Shown here: piece after piece, positions 26,957 through 32,432 of the stretch
Layout: each line of letters begins with the position of its first letter
Numbering within the stretch: position 1 is the stretch's first letter
Origin: an uncultured Gammaproteobacteria bacterium
Lineage (GTDB): Bacteria > Patescibacteriota > Microgenomatia > UBA8517 > JACQJR01
NCBI GenBank assembly: GCA_964363945.1
Contig: CAYIKF010000004.1
Span: 1 to 32,432 of the forward strand
DNA: 32,432 bases
Direction of reading: 5' to 3'
Notes under the pieces: model-generated
Databases searched by the model: none
What the model was told of the DNA's origin: nothing
Seen by the model: only the letters and a program-made list of their open reading frames with translations
Translations under genes and position numbers: made by a program

Positions 26957-26983
26957 TTTATGGGACAGCTATCACTTTGTCAA
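26955..26983 (-). promoter_or_regulatory. groESL sigma70-type promoter
   Basis: TTGACA-17 nt-TAAAAT on the minus strand. Confidence 0.8.
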
Positions 26984-27952
26984 GGGGTAGGGTAAAAGAC
27001 GTGGCTCACGGAGTTTTCGTTTTTCCGATTTTGCTCTCCTCTCGAATTCCCCAAGCACAATTCCCCCCCAGTCAATAGGATGGAAAAAGGCGCGACCTGG
27101 TTCGATAAGCTCACGAGTATGGCGATTTCGCATGTACCACTGCTGAAGGCGGTACGCTAAAGGTTCTAAAACTACTAAGAGCTTCGATGTAAGATTTAAA
27201 AAGTAAGAACCTATGCTTCGCATAGAACCTTGTTTTTCACTTTGCTTTAAATAAGATTTAAAAAAAATTTTATTCCTAAATCCTAAATCATAAATCTTAG
27301 ATCTTGGCTTCGCTGAGGGCCAATAGTTTCTTGCCCATTCATTTGCACGCAAGAACCTCTCGAACGTATTGTCTTTATTAACTAACGGTACGACCTGCAA
27401 CACCTCATGAGCGGTATAGCGAGTGTTAATAACATGTGGAATACGGAGATTCTCTTCATCCATCCACATATTAAGGCAGAGAGAGTCTTTGTGTTCACTC
27501 CCACCTACCTTGCGTAACTTTACACCGCCCAATAACGAAACTACTCTTACAAGAAGCCGAGTTATCCAGAGTGTCCCTGCTGTTGTGATAATGAAAAGGT
27601 CAATGTCGCTCTTTTTGTCGGCATTGCCCATCGCCAAACTACCTGTAATACCAATAAATCGAACCATAGGAATACGCGAAAAAACATGTGCTCCGTGCTG
27701 CGCAATCACATGCTTATTGGAAGAAACGACTTCCCTTTCCTTCCTCAAAAGCACAAGATACGCTCTGCCCACCATGTGGTAATATTCTCCTGTCTTTTCC
27801 GCAGGAAATACCCCCTCCTGGCGAGGAGTAGCCCATCGCACAAGCTCTTTCCTTGTCAGTGGATACCCAAAGACATCATGATATACCAAAGACAAAAACC
27901 AGTGCGCGGGAACGTGCACTCTCTTTGTAGTTCGTTCTCTAACGTGCCCCAT
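26972..27952 (-). CDS. Pol-beta-superfamily nucleotidyltransferase-domain protein
   Basis: ITGSLAMGNA..SDIDLFII motif; YPLT..EL, CLNMWMDE, YTAHE. Confidence 0.8.
   Translation of the reverse strand: MGHVRERTTKRVHVPAHWFLSLVYHDVFGYPLTRKELVRWATPRQEGVFPAEKTGEYYHMVGRAYLVLLRKEREVVSSNKHVIAQHGAHVFSRIPMVRFIGITGSLAMGNADKKSDIDLFIITTAGTLWITRLLVRVVSLLGGVKLRKVGGSEHKDSLCLNMWMDEENLRIPHVINTRYTAHEVLQVVPLVNKDNTFERFLRANEWARNYWPSAKPRSKIYDLGFRNKIFFKSYLKQSEKQGSMRSIGSYFLNLTSKLLVVLEPLAYRLQQWYMRNRHTRELIEPGRAFFHPIDWGGIVLGEFERRAKSEKRKLREPRLLPYPLTK
27201..27253. repeat. AGAACC-hairpin element, copy 2 (inside a CDS, in frame)
   Basis: aagtaAGAACCTatgcttcgcatAGAACCTtgtttttcactttgctttaaata; read on the minus strand as YLKQSEKQGSMRSIGSYF. 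Confidence 0.8.
27274..27305. repeat. TCCTAAA heptamer array, facing TAAGATTTAA tracts at 27190 and 27252
   Basis: tcctaaa tcctaaa tcataaa tcttaga tctt; encodes RSKIYDLGFRN. Confidence 0.85.
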
Positions 27953-29345
27953 AAGATGAGAGTACCTGGCTCACTCCTTGCTCTACGGTCTTCAATGCCT
28001 CTGTTGGCGTACTCCCTTTAAGTACCTTATTAACAGCATCTTCAAAGTATTTTGAGATACGAGAATTAATACCGGTTGGGCCATCAAACGTACGTCCCGC
28101 AAGGTACCAGGAATGAGCGGTTGACGCTTCTCTCACATATGCTCCTGCTAGCGAATCGTTTGCAAGTAACTCCGCCATATCAGGCCGTGGATAGGGCTCA
28201 CCGAACAATCGTGTCTGCGCGGCAGTGCGGTAGAGCTTCTCTAAACTTTCTTTCTCACTCATGAACTTCAAGAATTCAAATGCCTCCTTCGGGTGCTTAC
28301 TCCTTGCCCATACTCCTTCTGCCCAATAGCTTGCCCAGGTAATGTCTTCCTCTCCCGGTGTCGACTTGGGAAGCTGGGGCACGGGTACGATGTGGAAGGA
28401 AAGGGAAGGATTTTTGGCTTTAACCTCGAATACTTCCCAACTTGGTGCAAAGTACATTGCCACCTTACCAGAGGCGAAACTCAGCGTTGAGGGCGGCAAC
28501 GTTTCGTCCCAAACTTTATCAGCCGTAGCAAAAATAGTGTAGAATGCAAGTGCATCCTCTGCGCGCTTGTCAGTAGGACGAGCGGGATTTGCACTATTTT
28601 GAAGCATCATAAGGGAGAGAATATCTTGCCAGTGGTCAACATTATTTACAGTTCCCAACGCAACTCCTGCTTGCGTAATACTCCCCTGTTGGTCACGGGT
28701 GGTAAGCGCAAGTGCAGCTCGTCTTAACTCATCCCAGGTAGTGGGGGAAGTCAAATTTGCTGCTTTGAAGAGTGCATCATTTACATACAGCCCTAACCCA
28801 TCAATCTCAAGCGGTATACCCACGATGCGACCGTTATGAGTGAGATCAGATGCGGCAATAGGATAAAATCGTGACTGGAACTCGGAAGCACTCAAAACCT
28901 CGGGGAGAAGTGTTGTAAGATCGTTTGCAAACAAAGGAACCCACGTATTATGAAATCGAAAGATATCAGGACCCGCGTTCCTTGCGAGTGAGGAAGTTAA
29001 CCGCTCTCGGTAATCCTGGGGAGATTGCCGCACATAGGTAATTTTGACATTCGGATGTGTTTTCTGATACTCCTCAATGAGCGGCTGGACAATTCCCCCA
29101 TCCTCCCATAGTCCCCACCACGCAAGTGTAACAGGTTCATTTTGCTGTCTTCCTCCAACTAGGCGCATTGCGCCTATAACTCCCCCGCCAATCAAAAGCA
29201 CAAGAAGAAGCACAACACCGAATGCTTTGAGTGGAATCTTTTTGTAAAACGGGGTGCTCTCACCCGCTCCAAACTGTGACACACCTTCTGGCTGAGGTGA
29301 TTGTGGAGGCGTGGGCTGCTTATATGTACTCGGATTTTGGTCCAT
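27939..29345 (-). CDS. ABC-type sugar extracellular solute-binding protein with a TM anchor
   Basis: WWGLWE, GPDIF..HNTW, GLYVN..LF, PTTWDEL, FASGKVAMYF; SD AAGGAG upstream. Confidence 0.9.
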   Translation of the reverse strand: MDQNPSTYKQPTPPQSPQPEGVSQFGAGESTPFYKKIPLKAFGVVLLLVLLIGGGVIGAMRLVGGRQQNEPVTLAWWGLWEDGGIVQPLIEEYQKTHPNVKITYVRQSPQDYRERLTSSLARNAGPDIFRFHNTWVPLFANDLTTLLPEVLSASEFQSRFYPIAASDLTHNGRIVGIPLEIDGLGLYVNDALFKAANLTSPTTWDELRRAALALTTRDQQGSITQAGVALGTVNNVDHWQDILSLMMLQNSANPARPTDKRAEDALAFYTIFATADKVWDETLPPSTLSFASGKVAMYFAPSWEVFEVKAKNPSLSFHIVPVPQLPKSTPGEEDITWASYWAEGVWARSKHPKEAFEFLKFMSEKESLEKLYRTAAQTRLFGEPYPRPDMAELLANDSLAGAYVREASTAHSWYLAGRTFDGPTGINSRISKYFEDAVNKVLKGSTPTEALKTVEQGVSQVLSSYGAR

Positions 29346-29395
29346 AGCTCCTTCTGGGATTTAACAGTACTTTGATGATATCATATGCAAAAGTT

Positions 29396-31171
29396 ATGGT
29401 AAAAGGGAAAGAAATAAAGAAAAGGATAAGAGACGCAATTGCTCTTGCACGCACAATACATCCTGCACTCAAAACCGCAGGACTTCTCATGTTGTCTGCA
29501 ACCGCCGTGCTCGTGTCCTTTCACCTCCTCTTTTGGCAGCGCATTTACCCGGGAGTGACAGTTGCCGGAATCTATCTGGGCGGCAAGACGGAATATGAAG
29601 CTGTACAACTTCTCTCTACCGTTACTCCCCCACCTGCCATAACAGCAAGCCATGAGAACAAAGTATTCACCCTTACTACCTCAGAAATCTCCCTTTCCTA
29701 TAGGTATAGGGCAAGCGCTCGTACTGCATTTCTTGTCGGAAGGAGAGGTACTCTGGAAGAACGAGTTGTAGCACAATGGCACGCACTGCGCTACGGAACC
29801 AACCTTGGGCTTGTCGCCTCATATGATAAAGAAAAACTCGTGCAGTTTGTTACCTCTATTACAGAAGCACTCTCTATCCCCTCTATACCACCAAAGATAG
29901 AACTACAGGGCAACAGTGTCGTAATTGACCCTGGTAAAACAGGCCAAGAAGTTGACCTCCCCTTGCTTGAAAAACGAATAAAACATGCGCTCAGCGAACC
30001 ACAAACGCACGTAGATATTCCTGTTAAAACACCTGCAACCCAACTCACTCCTGCCCAAGTCAAAGAACTCACCGCTCGTGCACAAAAGTTTATCGGAGCC
30101 GTTATTTCAGTCTCGCTTGATGATGAGACGGTTGCGACTCGGGATAGTGAGCTGGTGACACTACTTGCCCCAGATGGCGTATATAACTTAGAAAAGATAG
30201 CCCACTTGGTGGAGCAGTTTTCCCAACAATTCTCGCAACCAGTACAGGAACCCACGTTTCGTTTCGAGAATGGGAGAGTCCAAGAGTTTAAACCCGCAGA
30301 AGACGGGATAGTGCTTGAGAAAGAAAAACTTACGAGTGCACTCCTTGACGCGCTCTCTAGCATTGAAACGGGAGAGGAACTAGAGATTACCCTTGCCGCT
30401 CCTGTTATCAGAACCCCACCCGCCATTAGCACGGGCGATGTAAATAACTTAGGAATTAAGGAACTCGTGGGCCGTGGCACTTCACGCTTCCGGGGCTCCA
30501 TTCCATCCCGTGTCCATAACATTGCACTCGCTGCAAACCGTCTCTCGGGGATTCTTATTCCCCCGGGAGAAGTACTCTCATTTAATCAGGCACTGGGGGA
30601 TGTATCGGCATTCACCGGATATCAACAAGCCTATATAATTCGCGACGGTAAAACAATTTTGGGAGACGGCGGAGGAGTATGCCAGGTATCCACCACACTC
30701 TTTCGTGCGGCATTGAATGCGGGGCTACCCATTGTTGAGCGACGTGCCCACTCTTACCGTGTCGGCTATTATGAACAGAACTCAGGCCCGGGATTTGACG
30801 CAACAGTATATGACCCAACAACTGACTTAAAAATTAAAAATGATACACCTGCGTACATTCTTATCCAATCCTCTGTTGACCGGAAAACAATGACGCTCAC
30901 TTTTGAACTATACGGTACAAAAGACGGTAGAGCGGCAACTACCAGTAAACCACGGGTTTGGGATGTAGTCGAACCACCACCAGATCTTTATCAGGACGAT
31001 CCTACTTTGCCTCTTGGTACCATTAAACAGGTTGATTTTAAAGCCTGGGGGGCAAAGTCTGCATTTGACTACAAGGTTGTCAGAGGTAATGAAACCTTGC
31101 AGCAAAGAACATTTTATTCTGTCTACCGCCCCTGGCAGGCAGTTTACCTTCGGGGCATAGCCCCTCAGTAA
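29396..31171 (+). CDS. VanW-family protein with peptidoglycan-binding (PG_binding_4-like) domains
   Basis: IYPGVTVAG, RVHNI..A, SFNQALG, GGGVCQVSTTLFRAALNAGLPIVER..HSYRVGYYE, DATVY; ATG 29396 preferred. Confidence 0.92.
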   Translation: MVKGKEIKKRIRDAIALARTIHPALKTAGLLMLSATAVLVSFHLLFWQRIYPGVTVAGIYLGGKTEYEAVQLLSTVTPPPAITASHENKVFTLTTSEISLSYRYRASARTAFLVGRRGTLEERVVAQWHALRYGTNLGLVASYDKEKLVQFVTSITEALSIPSIPPKIELQGNSVVIDPGKTGQEVDLPLLEKRIKHALSEPQTHVDIPVKTPATQLTPAQVKELTARAQKFIGAVISVSLDDETVATRDSELVTLLAPDGVYNLEKIAHLVEQFSQQFSQPVQEPTFRFENGRVQEFKPAEDGIVLEKEKLTSALLDALSSIETGEELEITLAAPVIRTPPAISTGDVNNLGIKELVGRGTSRFRGSIPSRVHNIALAANRLSGILIPPGEVLSFNQALGDVSAFTGYQQAYIIRDGKTILGDGGGVCQVSTTLFRAALNAGLPIVERRAHSYRVGYYEQNSGPGFDATVYDPTTDLKIKNDTPAYILIQSSVDRKTMTLTFELYGTKDGRAATTSKPRVWDVVEPPPDLYQDDPTLPLGTIKQVDFKAWGAKSAFDYKVVRGNETLQQRTFYSVYRPWQAVYLRGIAPQ

Positions 31172-31300
31172 ACTCCAATTACCAAGCACCAAATCACAAA
31201 TAATATCAAAATCCCAAATAACAAATTAAAAACGTTTTGTATTTTGAGATTTCGGTAATTATAATTTGTTTGCTATTTGGAATTTGTGATTTGAAATTTT
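31172..31300. repeat. Intergenic inverted pair of CAAATnn heptamer arrays
   Basis: Left arm is C/A-rich (CAAATCACAAAT 31190-31201). Right arm carries its exact reverse complement (31282-31293). A central AAAACGTTTT palindrome lies at 31229-31238. The element ends at the tsaD ATG. Confidence 0.85.
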
Positions 31301-32389
31301 ATGGTGATACTAGGTATAGAGACTAGCTGCGATGAGACTGCGGCAAGTGTTGTGGAAGACGGGCGAAAAGTTTTATCACATGTACTTGCTTCATCAGCTG
31401 ATATGCATGCAAAAACAGGAGGTATTATTCCTGAAGTTGCAGCGCGTGAACAGGTAAAAGCAATTTTACCAGTAATTAATGAAGCAATTGAAAATTGTAA
31501 ATTGAAAATTGAAAATTTAGATGCCATAGCAGTAACAGCCGGTCCAGGGTTAATTGGTTCTCTCTTAGTGGGAGTTGAAACCGCACGAACGCTCGCGTAC
31601 GTCTGGAATAAGCCAATCGTGCCTGTTAATCACCTTGTTGGACACATATACGCGAATTGGCTGGTAGCAGGTAGCACGTGGCATGTAGAAAAACCACAAG
31701 CCACAAGCTATAAACCACACGCTCCAGAATTTCCTGCTTTGGCGTTAGTAGTATCGGGCGGGCATACAGACTTAGTTTTAATGACAGCTCATGGAAAAAT
31801 GAAATGGATTGGAGGAACACGAGACGATGCGGCAGGAGAAGCATTCGACAAGACAGCACGGCTTTTAGGACTCCCCTATCCCGGAGGGCCAGCTATAGCC
31901 GCCGAAGCGGCTAAATTCGAAGCACGAAATTCGAAGCACGAAAAATTACACATGTTTCCAAGACCAATGATGGATGAGAAAAACTTTGATTGGAGTTTTT
32001 CGGGGCTCAAAACTGCGGTTCTTAGGGAAACTGAAAAACTTAAAAACAAAAAGACTAAAAAACTCTCAGGAGAAGAAATCTCTTGCTTGGCAGCAGAGAT
32101 TCAGGAAGCGATTGTTGATGTACTGGTAACAAAAACTATTCGCGCCGTCAAGAAATTTAAACCACAGTCTCTGCTACTGGGTGGGGGCGTTGCAGCCAAC
32201 CAACGGCTGTGTGAAGAATTTAAATTGAAAATTGAAAATTTAAAATTGAAAATTAACCTACATGTCCCTCCACCACTTCTTTGTACTGATAATGCCAGCT
32301 ATATTGCAGCAGCTGCATACTATAACTACAAACCTGTCGACTGGAGAAAGATAACAGTAAAACCAGAGTTAACGATTATGGGAGAATGA
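31301..32389 (+). CDS. tsaD: tRNA N6-adenosine threonylcarbamoyltransferase TsaD
   Basis: LGIETSCDET, GPGLIGSL, HLVGH, VSGGHT, DDAAGEAFDK, YPGGP, SFSGLKT, GGVAAN, CTDNA. Confidence 0.97.
   Translation: MVILGIETSCDETAASVVEDGRKVLSHVLASSADMHAKTGGIIPEVAAREQVKAILPVINEAIENCKLKIENLDAIAVTAGPGLIGSLLVGVETARTLAYVWNKPIVPVNHLVGHIYANWLVAGSTWHVEKPQATSYKPHAPEFPALALVVSGGHTDLVLMTAHGKMKWIGGTRDDAAGEAFDKTARLLGLPYPGGPAIAAEAAKFEARNSKHEKLHMFPRPMMDEKNFDWSFSGLKTAVLRETEKLKNKKTKKLSGEEISCLAAEIQEAIVDVLVTKTIRAVKKFKPQSLLLGGGVAANQRLCEEFKLKIENLKLKINLHVPPPLLCTDNASYIAAAAYYNYKPVDWRKITVKPELTIMGE
31486..31518. repeat. GAAAATT heptamer array in tsaD
   Basis: aatt gaaaatt gtaaatt gaaaatt gaaaatt t; encodes IENCKLKIENL. Confidence 0.9.
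31663..31721. repeat. Inverted pair of heptamer arrays in tsaD
   Basis: ggtagca ggtagca cgtggca tgtagaa / ccacaag ccacaag ctataaa ccacacg; encodes VAGSTWHVEKPQATSYKPH. Confidence 0.8.
31913..31940. repeat. Perfect 14-bp (7+7) tandem duplication in tsaD
   Basis: AAATTCGAAGCACG x2; encodes KFEARNSKHE. Confidence 0.9.
32028..32064. repeat. AAACTnAA octamer array in tsaD
   Basis: aaactgaa aaacttaa aaacaaaa agactaaa aaact; encodes TEKLKNKKTKKL. Confidence 0.7.
32214..32254. repeat. GAAAATT heptamer array in tsaD
   Basis: aagaatt taaatt gaaaatt gaaaatt taaaatt gaaaatt; encodes EFKLKIENLKLKI. Confidence 0.9.
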
Positions 32390-32432
32390 TAAGAAATCTA
32401 CACCTATTAATTTTAATGACATCCTCCCCGCT

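Noticed and set aside
27013-27035. Degenerate CGAAAAG array encoding AKSEKRK
   Set aside because: The peptide resembles 10031-10058, but the DNA periodicity is too decayed to call.
26972-27952. Nucleotidyltransferase as a CBASS or toxin-antitoxin component
   Set aside because: There is no adjacent effector or HEPN partner, and the context is housekeeping.
29791-30522. Long antisense ORFs (also 3531-4157, 19568-20185, 21822-22409)
   Set aside because: They lie opposite well-supported genes, have Ser/Thr-rich shadow composition and show no motifs.
31152-31164. GGGGC-ata-GCCCC hairpin at the vanW 3' end
   Set aside because: It is a 5-bp stem with no U-tract or flanking duplication, compatible with chance.
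32386-32432. Possible next CDS starting at an ATGA overlap (MIRNLHLLILMTSSP)
   Set aside because: Only 15 codons are visible and there is no supporting evidence.

Overview
This is a chromosomal window from a small-genome bacterium. Gene content and the scarcity of Shine-Dalgarno sites suggest Patescibacteria/CPR, probably Microgenomates (inference). It holds about 27 tightly packed CDSs and one tRNA-Cys(GCA). The genes include housekeeping functions (pcrA/uvrD, a UvrD-PD-(D/E)XK helicase-nuclease, rmuC, metG, groES/EL, tsaD) and many envelope genes (GT-C and GT2 glycosyltransferases, LCP, FemAB, WecA/TagO, a DPPR-synthase-like UbiA, M23, VanW). One large minus-strand GT-C/PMT gene (2444 to <1) is missing from the ORF track because it runs off the window. 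The unusual signal lies below gene level. (1) At least 15 degenerate 7- or 8-bp tandem arrays sit in frame inside conserved genes or fill spacers; one 33-bp tract is identical in two genes on opposite strands. (2) GC-rich mini-palindromes (CCTGCC..GGCAGG / CCGCC..GGCGG) and hairpins flanked by direct repeats are inserted in coding sequence in multiples of 3 nt, and some are nested inside arrays or inside each other. (3) An orphan gene (10696-11481) has a 3' end with the codon signature of a DGR variable repeat, but there is no RT or template repeat in the window. No transposase, integrase or CRISPR array was seen.
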